From a candidate division TM6 bacterium UASB340 (GTDB lineage Bacteria > Babelota > Babeliae > Babelales > UASB340): a stretch of DNA of 64,000 nt. The translations under genes were made by a program, and so were the position numbers. This document shows, in pieces, positions 33,522 to 43,958 of this stretch. The stretch lies in assembly GCA_001468925.1 (NCBI GenBank), contig LDIX01000003.1, positions 3,018-67,017 of the forward strand, in the 5' to 3' direction. The notes under the pieces were generated by a model. It was given only the letters and a program-made list of their open reading frames with translations, ran no database searches and was not told the DNA's origin. How positions within the stretch are numbered: position 1 is the stretch's first letter; the number at the start of each line of letters is the position of its first letter.

Positions 33522-34712
33522 TTATTTTATCCATTTAAAAAATCTGTTTAAACGAACAGATTTTGTCCAAAAATCTATTGGATGTTTTAGCAACTCAAAA
33601 ATCCACAATGCTTCTTCACTATCGACAGAATAGATGATAAAACTTGCTCTGCCATGAATTAATTTTTCATCAAGAAGGCCCCAAAACCTACTATCTCTGC
33701 TATTTTTACGACTATCACCCATAACCCAATAATTACCCTGGGGAATTGTAATTGGTCCAAACTCATCAACACTATGGCCAGACTGATCATACTCATACTC
33801 AGGAGAATATGCATATTTTAAAAATGGAGTATTATCAGCTCGTCTTATTACATTTTTAGAATCCATATTATAAAAAGGCTGATTGGATAAAGATTTAGAT
33901 GGATCATATGTATAATTAACAATTTTAAGAGTCTTTCTTAAAAAACTTGGCACAACAAACGGACCGAATGATTCAAACGGAATTAATCCTGTTGATTTTA
34001 TAAGACGTATCAATGGATATGGATTAACATAAAATGATTCATCAAGTTTTTCACCATTACGATATATTACAGTTTTACCGTCTTCAATTCTACCCTCAAT
34101 TGTATCACCAGGTATTGCTATAACTCTTTTTACCCAATTATCCGGACCGGAACCAAGGCCTAAGAGTGAAATTGGAAATCCTATATATTTTTGCCAAAAA
34201 TAATTAATACTATTTGATTTATCATATATAAATTCAGGATTATCAAAAATTACACAATCTCCACGATTTACTTTATTGAAAAAATAAATCATTTTATTTC
34301 CCCAAATCCTATCACCAACCAAAATTGTTTTTTCAGCAGAACCGGTTGGAACATGATAAAGACCAAAAATATATGTGCGTAATACAAAAACCAACGCCCC
34401 AGCAAAAACTATCGATTCTATCCACTGTCTCCAAATTGGTTTTGTAATATCGTGCAGTTTTTTATATATTTTTTTAAACTCTTTTATTTTTTTCTTTAAT
34501 GTAACCTTTACAGGTTCACCTTCAACTGTTGATACAAATTCTTCATCTATCTCTTTTGATAAAGCCTCAACTTTTTCAAACAAATTTAATGCATTTTTAT
34601 GTAATTCCAAATCACTTTTTAATGCAAATTTTTTAATAACATTTTTATAATAATCTTTTTTTTCTTTAAATTTTATATTAATTTTGTCAAAATTTTCTTT
34701 CAAATTGTTCAT
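33522..34712 (-). CDS. lepB: signal peptidase I (S26) with a long N-terminal extension
   Basis: Boxes GSAEKTILVGD (Ser), VKRVIAIPGDTI (Lys) and GDSRKNSRDSRFWG. I prefer the ATG at 34712 (AGGAA RBS just after the potD TAG). The track GTG start at 34754 would overlap potD. Confidence 0.85.
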   Translation of the reverse strand: MNNLKENFDKINIKFKEKKDYYKNVIKKFALKSDLELHKNALNLFEKVEALSKEIDEEFVSTVEGEPVKVTLKKKIKEFKKIYKKLHDITKPIWRQWIESIVFAGALVFVLRTYIFGLYHVPTGSAEKTILVGDRIWGNKMIYFFNKVNRGDCVIFDNPEFIYDKSNSINYFWQKYIGFPISLLGLGSGPDNWVKRVIAIPGDTIEGRIEDGKTVIYRNGEKLDESFYVNPYPLIRLIKSTGLIPFESFGPFVVPSFLRKTLKIVNYTYDPSKSLSNQPFYNMDSKNVIRRADNTPFLKYAYSPEYEYDQSGHSVDEFGPITIPQGNYWVMGDSRKNSRDSRFWGLLDEKLIHGRASFIIYSVDSEEALWIFELLKHPIDFWTKSVRLNRFFKWIK

Positions 34713-34720
34713 TTCAATTC

Positions 34721-35833
34721 CTATCTTTTTTTTGTAAGCTGAACTTCCAGCCACATATCATCAATTTTTTTCATATCCATCTCATTATCCAATAAATATA
34801 ACTTGGCAAAAGTTTTATCATCCGGATAAAACGAATTATTTTTTAAAAATCTTGGATTTGCTAGCTTGTAAGCTAATTCATTTGATGGATTGTAACCATA
34901 CTTTTCACTATTATAAAAAATAATATCTTTAGATATTAAATAGTCTATAAATTTATGAACCAAATCAATTTTATTACTTTCTTTTGGAATTACCAAATTA
35001 TCAATCAATAAAATAGACCCTTGATCAGGAATCACATAATCATACTTATCACTTAATTCCAAAACTTTTTTTGCAAATGCACTTGACGTAACTGCCAATG
35101 GCACCACATCAGAAAATAAATAATATTGCAAACTTGAGAGCATATAAATTTCAACCCATTCTTTTTGATTTGTAAGAATATTTTTTATTTTTTCCAACTC
35201 CGAATGAGTTAGCTTATCAGTTCGACTAAGTAAATAAATAGCAGCCAACATAAAAGCTTCTTTGGAACTATCTATCATACATATTTTAAATTTCAAATCA
35301 TTTGGCTTATTAAAAATAATGTCCCAATTTATATTAAAATTTCTACACTTTTCTTTATTAAAAACTATACCGTCAGTGGACCAAAAATATGGGATGGAAT
35401 ATGAATTGTTTTTATCAAAATATTTTCCAATTAAACGTTTATCCAAATATTTAAAATTAGATATTTTTTTCGTATCAATTTTTGCTAAAAGATCTTGCTG
35501 AACAAGCAATTCAACCCAACTATCTGAAGGAGTTATTAAATCATAACCCTTTCCACGACTAATTTTAAATTTAGCGTAAAGCTCTTCATTTGTATCAAAA
35601 TATTTTAAATTTATCTTAATACCGGTTTGTTTTTCAAAATCATGTGCCGTTTCAGGCGAAATCATATCGGTAAATGTATATACATTAATTACATTATCTC
35701 TTTTAGAAAACAAATTTAAAAAATTTGGCAAATAAAGAAAAAATGCAAATATAAAAATATATACAAAAATTATTATAAATTTATTTAAATGCTTTAAAAA
35801 AAAATTTTTATTAATATTTTCTTTATTATTCAT
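34721..35833 (-). CDS. potD: spermidine/putrescine ABC transporter substrate-binding protein
   Basis: Fourth gene of the potABCD-order operon. N-terminal anchor, PotD/PotF-like body (YDLITPSDSWV, IPYFWSTDGIVFN). The ATG at 35833 overlaps the potC stop (ATGAATAA). Confidence 0.8.
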   Translation of the reverse strand: MNNKENINKNFFLKHLNKFIIIFVYIFIFAFFLYLPNFLNLFSKRDNVINVYTFTDMISPETAHDFEKQTGIKINLKYFDTNEELYAKFKISRGKGYDLITPSDSWVELLVQQDLLAKIDTKKISNFKYLDKRLIGKYFDKNNSYSIPYFWSTDGIVFNKEKCRNFNINWDIIFNKPNDLKFKICMIDSSKEAFMLAAIYLLSRTDKLTHSELEKIKNILTNQKEWVEIYMLSSLQYYLFSDVVPLAVTSSAFAKKVLELSDKYDYVIPDQGSILLIDNLVIPKESNKIDLVHKFIDYLISKDIIFYNSEKYGYNPSNELAYKLANPRFLKNNSFYPDDKTFAKLYLLDNEMDMKKIDDMWLEVQLTKKR

Positions 35834-36629
35834 TTGATACAACCTTATCAACAACTTTAAAATAAGATAAAAGTAAAATAAGAATGCTACTTACCAAAAG
35901 TAATAAAGTTGATACTGCATTAATCGTTGGATCAACCCAGGTTTTAATCATGGAGTAAACATATACCGATAAAGTTTGCACCGTTGGACTTGAGCAAAAG
36001 AAAGAAATTAAAAAATCATCCAAAGAAAGTGTAAAAACAAGTAAACCTGAAGCAACAAATGCGGGTACCAACAATGGAAAAATAACGTGTAAAAAAGTTT
36101 GAACATAACCTGCACCCAAATCTAAAGAAGCTTCAGTTAGTTCAGGATCCAATTCTTTAAAACGCGCTCTTACAATTGGAACAACAAAACCTAATCCTAT
36201 TATGGTGTGTCCTACAATTAAACTACCAAATCCAAGTGGTATCTTTAGAAACACAAATAAGCTTAAAACACTTACTGCCAAAATTATTTCAGGTAAAATT
36301 ATTCCGGAATTAAAAAGATTACTTAACAAATCTATATTTAACCATCTACCGGATATTACAAAAAAAGTTCCAAGTACCAAACTTAAAATTGTTGCGCAAA
36401 TAGCAACAATTAAAGACACCCCTAAAGCTTGCCAAATCTCCGGAGAATCAAATAATTTTTGGTACCATTTTATAGAAAAACCGGTCCATTCAATTGAAAC
36501 TGAAGAACTATTAAAAGAAAAAAGTATAAGAATAAATATTGGCAAATACAAAAACGAATAAGCCATCACAACTAATAATGGGCTAAAATATCTAGAAATC
36601 TTTCTTTTTCCTAAAACCATATTAACCAA
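35826..36629 (-). CDS. potC: spermidine/putrescine ABC transporter permease
   Basis: Six-TM MetI-like permease with the EAA-type loop TEASLDLGAGYVQTFLHVIFP. Start is TTG at 36629 or ATG at 36620. Confidence 0.85.
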   Translation of the reverse strand: MVNMVLGKRKISRYFSPLLVVMAYSFLYLPIFILILFSFNSSSVSIEWTGFSIKWYQKLFDSPEIWQALGVSLIVAICATILSLVLGTFFVISGRWLNIDLLSNLFNSGIILPEIILAVSVLSLFVFLKIPLGFGSLIVGHTIIGLGFVVPIVRARFKELDPELTEASLDLGAGYVQTFLHVIFPLLVPAFVASGLLVFTLSLDDFLISFFCSSPTVQTLSVYVYSMIKTWVDPTINAVSTLLLLVSSILILLLSYFKVVDKVVSNE

Positions 36630-36632
36630 TCT

Positions 36633-37493
36633 TTATTTATTTTTCATAATTTTTTTTACAATTCGAAGCAATATCAATGAAAAAATTAAAGCACAGGTCA
36701 AAGCAATTACTCCAAAAACAGTAATAGCTGCACCTGACTTCCAATCCCTTGATATCAAAAATTTTTCAACTATTATACTTCCCCAATATATTTTTTTTCC
36801 CCCGCCCAATAAATCCGGTATTGCAAATTCACCAAAAGCCGGAATCAAAACCAATAAAAATCCTGTAAAAACTCCCGGCATAGAAACGGGAAATATGACA
36901 CGCATAAATGTCTGAAATTTATTAGCACCAAGATCGTGCGAAGCTTCTATTAATCTTTTATCCATTTTTTCAAGTACCGTATAAATTGGAAAAATCATAA
37001 ACGGTAAAAAACAATATGCCATACCAACCTGAACGGCAAAATAATTGTTTAATAGATGTGTAGAGTCTTTAAATAATCCAAAAAATTTAAATATTATACT
37101 AAATAAACCATCTTTTTTAAGCAAAAAAAACCATGCATAAACTTGAACAATAAAGCTTGTCCATGCAGGTAATATCAATGAAAATAAAAATAACGATTTA
37201 TATTTTTTTACTTTTAAAGAGATAAAATAGGCAACAGGGTATGCAAATAAAAAAGTTATAAATGCCGTTGAAAAAGCTAAAAATAAAGAATTGAAAATAA
37301 CACTAAAATATAATTGGTTAAAAATCTCTTTATAAGCTAAAAATGACAGTCGTATAATATTATCAAATTCAACAAAACTATTTAAAATTAAAACACTTAA
37401 TGGCAAATATAAAAATAAAATTTGCCATATCAACGCCGGTGTAACAAAAATAAACGGTAAATCTGCAACAGAAAAGTTTTTAAAAATTTTCAT
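36633..37493 (-). CDS. potB: spermidine/putrescine ABC transporter permease
   Basis: MetI-like permease with the EAA loop IEASHDLGANKFQTFMRVIFP. Confidence 0.85.
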   Translation of the reverse strand: MKIFKNFSVADLPFIFVTPALIWQILFLYLPLSVLILNSFVEFDNIIRLSFLAYKEIFNQLYFSVIFNSLFLAFSTAFITFLFAYPVAYFISLKVKKYKSLFLFSLILPAWTSFIVQVYAWFFLLKKDGLFSIIFKFFGLFKDSTHLLNNYFAVQVGMAYCFLPFMIFPIYTVLEKMDKRLIEASHDLGANKFQTFMRVIFPVSMPGVFTGFLLVLIPAFGEFAIPDLLGGGKKIYWGSIIVEKFLISRDWKSGAAITVFGVIALTCALIFSLILLRIVKKIMKNK

Positions 37494-37502
37494 ATTTTCA
37501 AA

Positions 37503-38594
37503 CTATCCCTGTAAAAGAACTATATTTTCTTTTTGAAAGTAAAGATTTACATTATCGTCATAATCAATAACTTCCTGCGGAAAATGTTCTTCATTTTGTT
37601 CAAAAACCATTAATTTTTTACCGTTTTTCAACATAACGCTATATTGAGTAGATCGACCATAATAAATAATATTATCAACTCGGCCAATTAGATGATTTGA
37701 AAATCCATTAATTTCTTTTTTACTTATATATATTTTTTCAGGTCTAATACTTAAAAATAAATTGCATCCCGAAATCATCCAATTTTTTTTAGACGGAGCA
37801 AAAACAAAAATATTTCCAAGACCCTTGACCTCAACCATTTGTTGATTGTCTATTTCTATTAATTTACCGGCAATAATATTTGTATTACCAACAAAATTTG
37901 CAACAAATCTTGATACCGGAAATTCATATATTTGTTTTGGAGTTCCAATTTGTTCAATGTGACCATCATTATTCATAATTGCCATTTTATCGGCAACAGT
38001 TAAAGCTTCCGATTGATCATGCGTTACATAAACAAATGTCGTTTTAAGTTTATCCTGCAATTCTATAAGTTCTATTAATAATTTTTCTTTTAATTTTTGA
38101 TCCAATGCTGCAAGAGGCTCATCCAACAATAAAACCTCAGGTTGACTTATAATTGCTCTAGCCAAAGCTACTCGCTGCTGCTGACCACCTGACAAGCTAT
38201 TTATATTTTTATTATCAAAGCCTAATAAATGAACCATCTTTAAAGCATCATAAACTTTATCTCTTACAAATATTTCTTTTTCTCTTCTTATGCGTAGACT
38301 ATAGGCAACGTTTTCAAAAACAGAAAGATGGGGGAATAAAGCATACTGTTGAAAAACAGTATTTATTCTTCTTTTATAAATTGGCTGATGTGTAATCTCC
38401 TGATCACCCAAATAGATCTTTCCCGAATCAACCGATTCAAGCCCGGCAATCAAACGCAATATTGTAGTTTTACCGCACCCCGAAGGTCCAAGTAAAGCAA
38501 AAAACTTTCCGGTAGGAATTTCCAAACTTAATCCGGAAATTATTTCTTCACCCTCAAATGTCTTACTAACATTTTCCAAACGAATTTGCCTCAT
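37503..38594 (-). CDS. potA: spermidine/putrescine ABC transporter ATP-binding protein
   Basis: Walker A GPSGCGKTT, signature LSGGQQQRVALAR, Walker B LLLDEP, and a C-terminal TOBE-like regulatory domain. AGAGGGA RBS. Confidence 0.9.
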   Translation of the reverse strand: MRQIRLENVSKTFEGEEIISGLSLEIPTGKFFALLGPSGCGKTTILRLIAGLESVDSGKIYLGDQEITHQPIYKRRINTVFQQYALFPHLSVFENVAYSLRIRREKEIFVRDKVYDALKMVHLLGFDNKNINSLSGGQQQRVALARAIISQPEVLLLDEPLAALDQKLKEKLLIELIELQDKLKTTFVYVTHDQSEALTVADKMAIMNNDGHIEQIGTPKQIYEFPVSRFVANFVGNTNIIAGKLIEIDNQQMVEVKGLGNIFVFAPSKKNWMISGCNLFLSIRPEKIYISKKEINGFSNHLIGRVDNIIYYGRSTQYSVMLKNGKKLMVFEQNEEHFPQEVIDYDDNVNLYFQKENIVLLQG

Positions 38595-38729
38595 CCAAAA
38601 GTCCCTCTACAATAATCACAAAACACAAAATAAAGATAAAGCCAAATAGTTTAAACAAATATAACAAATATCATTAAATCACAATTAAGTGCAAGTTTAA
38701 ACTTTTTTAAAAACTTTTTATAAAATAAA

Positions 38730-39410
38730 CTACTTTTTAGTATTTTTGTCTCTTTTGGCAAATATCATTGGAACAACTATGTCAGATAAAGTACATGGAG
38801 CCAAAACCACAAAAATTAATAAAATAAAAACAAATCCTATTTGATTATACCAATTTGAAAATCCAAAACTAACCAAATACAAAATAGATGCCATTGCACT
38901 TACAAATATGTGTAAAAAATGAAACCCCTGAGAATAAAAAAGATGTTTATTTGAATCATGATCAGCCATTAACCATCCATTAAGCATACCGGCAAAAACG
39001 AATGGTAACACTCTTGATAATTTTTTTACAAAACACCAGTGAAAAGACATATCAACACCAAGTAATCTTCCCGAAAAATATGGTAATATCATATCTGAAA
39101 GAGTACAGAAAAATGCCGGTGCTAAAAAACCTATAATTATTGCCAACATTTTATTTTTTGAATAACGTCTGAAAGTTAAAACCGTTCCTGTTGCAGCAAA
39201 TAAAAGATGCAAATAATGAAAATTATGAAATAAACGGTATGCCCCAAGCTTATTTTCTGCAGGATTTACGTAATATAAAAAACTAAGAACAACCATCGAC
39301 ATAGCTACAGAAAAAATTGCTATTGGCAAATGACAAACAATTTCATCTATTATCGTATTATGACGTTCTAATTGACCTTTTTCGCAATTATTTTCTGATT
39401 CACAACACAT
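38730..39410 (-). CDS. Hypothetical His-rich integral membrane protein with a Cys-rich N-terminus (possible metal-related transporter)
   Basis: N-terminus MCCESENNCEKGQLERHN. TM helices carry HNFHYLHLL and HFLHIFVSA. GAGGGG RBS. No family recognised with confidence. Confidence 0.5.
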   Translation of the reverse strand: MCCESENNCEKGQLERHNTIIDEIVCHLPIAIFSVAMSMVVLSFLYYVNPAENKLGAYRLFHNFHYLHLLFAATGTVLTFRRYSKNKMLAIIIGFLAPAFFCTLSDMILPYFSGRLLGVDMSFHWCFVKKLSRVLPFVFAGMLNGWLMADHDSNKHLFYSQGFHFLHIFVSAMASILYLVSFGFSNWYNQIGFVFILLIFVVLAPCTLSDIVVPMIFAKRDKNTKK

Positions 39411-39493
39411 TTTTTACCCCTCAATTTTAAATTTAACAAAAACCAGTAAAAATTTATTATAAACTATTTATTTACAAATTAAAGAAGTTCAGC

Positions 39494-42316
39494 CTAAAAA
39501 ACCTCTCCCAATGTTAGATACCATGAATAATTTGTATCATCAGGTAATAAATGTTTCCATTTAAAGCCCAGATCAAATCTAATTGAACCTATTGGAGTTT
39601 TATATCTTAATCCAAAACCGGTAGATGGATACCATTTTCCCCTAAAACCTGCAAAACCTGTCTGACTTAAAGCGCCAATATCCTGAAAAATTACACCGTG
39701 AAGTAATTTATATACCGGGAATCTTAACTCTAAATTGGCATTAAACATTCCACTACCACCCTGTATTGTATATTTTTTCTTTATTTTTCCATGTTCATCA
39801 ACATACTCTTCAACTCCATACGGCGGAATAGCATCTTTTTCATACCCTCTAACTGTAAAAGGTCCACCCAAAAAAAATCTTTGCGATGGCTGAATTGTAT
39901 TAAATGTAGAATTAAATATATACCCTAAACGAATTCTTAATGCTCCAATAATATCTTTGTAAAACGGCACAAAGAAAGAATGCTCAGTTGTTAATTTACC
40001 AATAGGCTTACCTTCACATTCGGGTATCATAAACCTAAAAGATGCAAAATTAATTGAACCTTTTTTTATATCAAGATGATCATTAATTTTTTCTACCACA
40101 AAACTTGGATTTATAAAAAAATACGGTAAAGTCTGATTTATTAGATGTCTATCCAAATTAATATTGCCACGAACTTTTTCCGTTCTAACCCATTCATTTC
40201 CAATTCCAAATCGCCAAAAATAATCCCTCTTAAACTCGTTATTAATACCAACTAAAATTCCATTTTCAATAGACTGATATGCAGATTGACTATTTTCTAC
40301 TTCAACAGGATTAATACTTTTATTTGAATAAACTTTTAATTTACCAATTACGCGAGAATCATCAAAATTTATTCCAAATGGCGATAACATTTTGTATTCA
40401 AAATCAAACTTTCTTTCAAATCGAGTTAGATCGACATTTAATGTAAATTTATCCAAATTATTTGTAGGATTATTAAAAATTAAGGAAGTTCCTACTCTAT
40501 ATGTTGATGCTTTTTTAAATAAAAAGTTTTTATTTGTTAAAAAATAACCAAATCTAAAAGCCGCTTCTATCGGTTCTTTATCTATTAATGTCAAATTTAT
40601 CGGAACAAATCCGGTGTCTCGACTTAGAGCTATTTCATTTGGTTCTATTTGAACCATTTTAAATAAATCTAATTTTTTTAAATTTTTACGAGTTAAATCC
40701 ATATTAAAAGAATCCCAAATATCACCTTCTTTAAATTTCAATTCTTTTAGAATTTTTTTAAAAGAAACTTTTGAATTTCCACGCAAATATGTAGGTCCAA
40801 ACTTAATTTGTGTGCCAAGATTTATTTTCCAAATCAAATTTATCTTAGTTTTTTTATCAACTAAAACTTCTTGCAATATTGGTTCTACAAGTGCATACCA
40901 ATACCCGAGTTTTTGCATTTTCTTTAAAATAAAATTTTTTTGTTCAAGTAACCAATAATAATCAAATGGCTTTAAATCTTGATCTGACAATTTTTGATAT
41001 TTATCAAAAAATTTTTTTGATAAAAAATTCAAATCCGGAATAATCTTAATATTTCCCAAGAAACGTTGCTCTCCCTTATTAATCGTTATTATAATATTAC
41101 AACTATTTTCTTTTGTATTTTTTTTAAAACTTTTATCTAAAATTTTAAAATCCCAGAATCCATTTTTTAAAAATCGATTTGTTAATTTATTTATAAATTG
41201 ATTTAACAAATTTTCGTCAAAAATTTTATTTTCCAATTCTTTAAAAATATCGGCTTCTTTTATTAAATTGTTTTCTAAATCTTTTACTAAAATATTGTTT
41301 ATAATTATTGGTAAATTTTCATTTATATTAAATAGAAAAGATCCGTCTTTTTGTTTTTTATAAAAAATTACGCTATCCCAATAACCTTTTTTATAATAAT
41401 TATCAAAAAGTTCCTGCGCTATAATTTCAGGTGTAAAAAACCACGATGGGTAATCTGTTCCTAAAAAATTTTGTCGTATATATTTTTCAGAAAAATTTTT
41501 ATTACCGGCAAATTCTAATTTTTGCTTTTTACCTAAATTAATATTAAAAATTAAGTCTAAAAAATTATTTTTTTTATAAATATTTTTTTTTATAATTATT
41601 TTGGGTTTAACAAAACCTAAAAATTTTAAATAATTTAAAAACTTTCTTGTACTCTTGGTTATATTTTCCTTTGTTGCAACCTTTTTGTTTAAATTTTTAA
41701 ATATTTTTGTCTGAAAAAAATTTGTAATTAATATAGTTTCATTCTCTGTACAAATATTTGGTGACAAATCAAAATTTATATTATTAATAAAAAATTTTTT
41801 ATTTCTTTTAATTTTTATATAAACAGATATTGTTTTATCTTTATTATAAACTAATTCGTCTTTTACAATACAATCGTAATACCCTTTAAATTTTAAATAT
41901 TCTATAATTTTATTTATTGCTAAACGATGTAAATCAATATCAAAATAATCGCCGGATTGCATTTTATAAAAGGCAGAATAATCATGTTTACCAAATAAAA
42001 CACCAATAATATAAATCTTTTTAAAAATCCAATTACCTTTTAAAGAAAAATGCACATGTTTACCATTATTCAAATTATCTGTTTTTATAATTATTTTTTC
42101 AAACCTACCTTTGGATTTTAAAATTTTTTTTGCATTTTTTATTTCTAAATCAGAAATAAAAGAATTTTGCTTCAATTTTGTAAGATATAAAAATTCGTAG
42201 TTAGAAAAATTTACATCAGAATCAAATGTTAATTTCTCCAGGAAAAATTTTTTTTCAGAATTACAGAAGAAATAAATTAAAAAATTTAATATAAAAAACT
42301 TAATCTTTAGATGCAT
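39494..42316 (-). CDS. bamA: outer membrane protein assembly factor BamA (Omp85 family), long form of 940 aa
   Basis: Signal sequence, long POTRA-like N-terminal region, and a C-terminal Omp85 barrel (RFFLGGPFTVRGY, GLRYKTPIGSIRFDLG) ending in the aromatic ...TLGEVF. Confidence 0.85.
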   Translation of the reverse strand: MHLKIKFFILNFLIYFFCNSEKKFFLEKLTFDSDVNFSNYEFLYLTKLKQNSFISDLEIKNAKKILKSKGRFEKIIIKTDNLNNGKHVHFSLKGNWIFKKIYIIGVLFGKHDYSAFYKMQSGDYFDIDLHRLAINKIIEYLKFKGYYDCIVKDELVYNKDKTISVYIKIKRNKKFFINNINFDLSPNICTENETILITNFFQTKIFKNLNKKVATKENITKSTRKFLNYLKFLGFVKPKIIIKKNIYKKNNFLDLIFNINLGKKQKLEFAGNKNFSEKYIRQNFLGTDYPSWFFTPEIIAQELFDNYYKKGYWDSVIFYKKQKDGSFLFNINENLPIIINNILVKDLENNLIKEADIFKELENKIFDENLLNQFINKLTNRFLKNGFWDFKILDKSFKKNTKENSCNIIITINKGEQRFLGNIKIIPDLNFLSKKFFDKYQKLSDQDLKPFDYYWLLEQKNFILKKMQKLGYWYALVEPILQEVLVDKKTKINLIWKINLGTQIKFGPTYLRGNSKVSFKKILKELKFKEGDIWDSFNMDLTRKNLKKLDLFKMVQIEPNEIALSRDTGFVPINLTLIDKEPIEAAFRFGYFLTNKNFLFKKASTYRVGTSLIFNNPTNNLDKFTLNVDLTRFERKFDFEYKMLSPFGINFDDSRVIGKLKVYSNKSINPVEVENSQSAYQSIENGILVGINNEFKRDYFWRFGIGNEWVRTEKVRGNINLDRHLINQTLPYFFINPSFVVEKINDHLDIKKGSINFASFRFMIPECEGKPIGKLTTEHSFFVPFYKDIIGALRIRLGYIFNSTFNTIQPSQRFFLGGPFTVRGYEKDAIPPYGVEEYVDEHGKIKKKYTIQGGSGMFNANLELRFPVYKLLHGVIFQDIGALSQTGFAGFRGKWYPSTGFGLRYKTPIGSIRFDLGFKWKHLLPDDTNYSWYLTLGEVF

Positions 42317-42349
42317 ACAATAAACAATAGCTTAAATTTTGAGAAAATA

Positions 42350-42405
42350 AAAAACTCTTGCTCATAATAATATCTTTAAAATTAATGAACAAGAGTAAAT
42401 TTTTT
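42350..42405 (-). terminator. Terminator after acyP (12-bp stem ACTCTTGCTCAT/ATGAACAAGAGT with one mismatch, then a U-run on the minus strand)
   Basis: Inverted repeat read directly from the sequence. It lies between the acyP stop and the bamA start. Confidence 0.5.
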
Positions 42406-42415
42406 TATAAAAAAT

Positions 42416-42718
42416 TTATAAATTATCCCCAATAACCCGAAATACCCCGCGAAAATCTCTTTCAGTTTGCATAGGTTCTATAAGAACATCATCAACTTTT
42501 GACTTGGGACTACCCTGGTAAACAAAATCTAATAAGTCATCTAACTTATCCTGCCCACCACAAACAAATATAATAACAGATCCATCATGCTGATTCTGAA
42601 TGGTTCCTTCAATCATAAGTTTTTCAGCATGGTTTTTTATAAAATGTCTATATCCGACAGCTTGAACCTTACCTATGACTCGTATTTTTACACACCTCTT
42701 CATTTTACAACCTTTCAT
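42416..42718 (-). CDS. acyP: acylphosphatase
   Basis: VIGKVQAVGYRHF matches acylphosphatase signature 1 (V.G.VQGV.FR). About 95-100 aa. The start could be the second ATG at 42703. Confidence 0.85.
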   Translation of the reverse strand: MKGCKMKRCVKIRVIGKVQAVGYRHFIKNHAEKLMIEGTIQNQHDGSVIIFVCGGQDKLDDLLDFVYQGSPKSKVDDVLIEPMQTERDFRGVFRVIGDNL

Positions 42719-42786
42719 ATCTCTTTTTTATCATACGTTTAGTGGGGTAAATTTATCAAATTAAAATTTATAAAGTCAAAATATTT

Positions 42787-43956
42787 TTATAACTGAGAAA
42801 AATCTCTGTACAGATCAAGATGTTTTTCGATCATATAATTTTTATGAAATCCGGATAAATTATCTTTATAATTTGCAGCAGACAAATATTCAGAATTATT
42901 ATTTATATAAAATTTTATTTTTTCACTAAGCAATTTCCAATTTTGAGATTCAACCAAAAAACCATTTTTATTGTCAAATATTACTTCAGGTATTCCTGAA
43001 ATATTATATGATATAACCGGCAATTTTGATAACCTAGCTTCAATTATTGCACATGGTAAACCTTCCCATAGAGAAGTCATAACAAACAAATGCCATTTTT
43101 TTACGATACTTGCAACATTAGATTGCCAACCAAGTAACTTAACGTTCTTTTTCAAATCATTTTGATTTATAAAATTTTCTAATTCAGGGCGTAAAACACC
43201 ATCCCCAACAATTTCTAAAAAGATTTTATCTTTTTTTTCAGGCAAATCTTTTAAAAGTTTTTTAAACGCCCTTAGTAAATCTATTAAATTTTTCTGAGGT
43301 TTAAAGCAAGAAACGGTACCTATAACAAAATTATCGTTTTCGATATTTTTTACAGATTTTGCCGGAATATAAAATGTATCATAATCAACTGCAGCTCGAA
43401 TTATCAAAGTTTTTTTTTTGAAAAATGGTAAATATTTAGAACCAAACTTTAGATCATAATTCGAAACACAAACAAATTTAGTAGTAATAAATGCAGTAAA
43501 AAATTCAGCTAAATAAATAGAAATCCAATATATTTTATTTTGATAATCATGAAAACCAAAGCCATGCACAGTATGAACTATATTTTTTATACCGGCAAAA
43601 AAAGCAGCCCAACGCCCCAAAATTCCGGCTTTTGTACTGTGAGTATGAACTATCAAATCCGAATGATTTTTTCTATTTTTTTTGATTAATTTTATAAGTT
43701 TAAAAAATAAATAAATATCTTTAAAAATATTTTTCAAACCAACTTCACGCTTAAATTCAGGTAGAAGATAAACAGAATCAAAATTTTTAACTTCACTAAC
43801 TAATGGACCATCTTCACCTGAAATCAACCCGGCAAAGCCTCCATTCTTTTTAACTCCATCAAAAAGAGATAAGCAAACCTTTTGCGCACCACCAAGTTCA
43901 AGTTTTGTTATAATAAACAAAACATTTACTTTTTTATCGTACAATATCAAATCCAA
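42787..43956 (-). CDS. GT-B glycosyltransferase (GT4-like)
   Basis: N-terminal KLELGGAQK and HTHSTKAG. C-terminal SLWEGLPCAIIEARLSKLPVISYNISGIPEVI is typical of GT4 enzymes. TTG start 2 nt after the upstream stop. Confidence 0.8.
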   Translation of the reverse strand: MDLILYDKKVNVLFIITKLELGGAQKVCLSLFDGVKKNGGFAGLISGEDGPLVSEVKNFDSVYLLPEFKREVGLKNIFKDIYLFFKLIKLIKKNRKNHSDLIVHTHSTKAGILGRWAAFFAGIKNIVHTVHGFGFHDYQNKIYWISIYLAEFFTAFITTKFVCVSNYDLKFGSKYLPFFKKKTLIIRAAVDYDTFYIPAKSVKNIENDNFVIGTVSCFKPQKNLIDLLRAFKKLLKDLPEKKDKIFLEIVGDGVLRPELENFINQNDLKKNVKLLGWQSNVASIVKKWHLFVMTSLWEGLPCAIIEARLSKLPVISYNISGIPEVIFDNKNGFLVESQNWKLLSEKIKFYINNNSEYLSAANYKDNLSGFHKNYMIEKHLDLYRDFSQL

Positions 43957-43958
43957 TC

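Noticed and set aside
36202-36561. Antisense or shadow ORFs listed in the track inside well-supported genes (for example 36202..36561, 9934..10260, 13881..14210, 52064..52402, 54958..55269, 60843..61160, 47142..47366)
   Set aside because: Each lies entirely within, and opposite to, a CDS with strong family motifs. None has an RBS, and their compositions are typical of non-coding frames.
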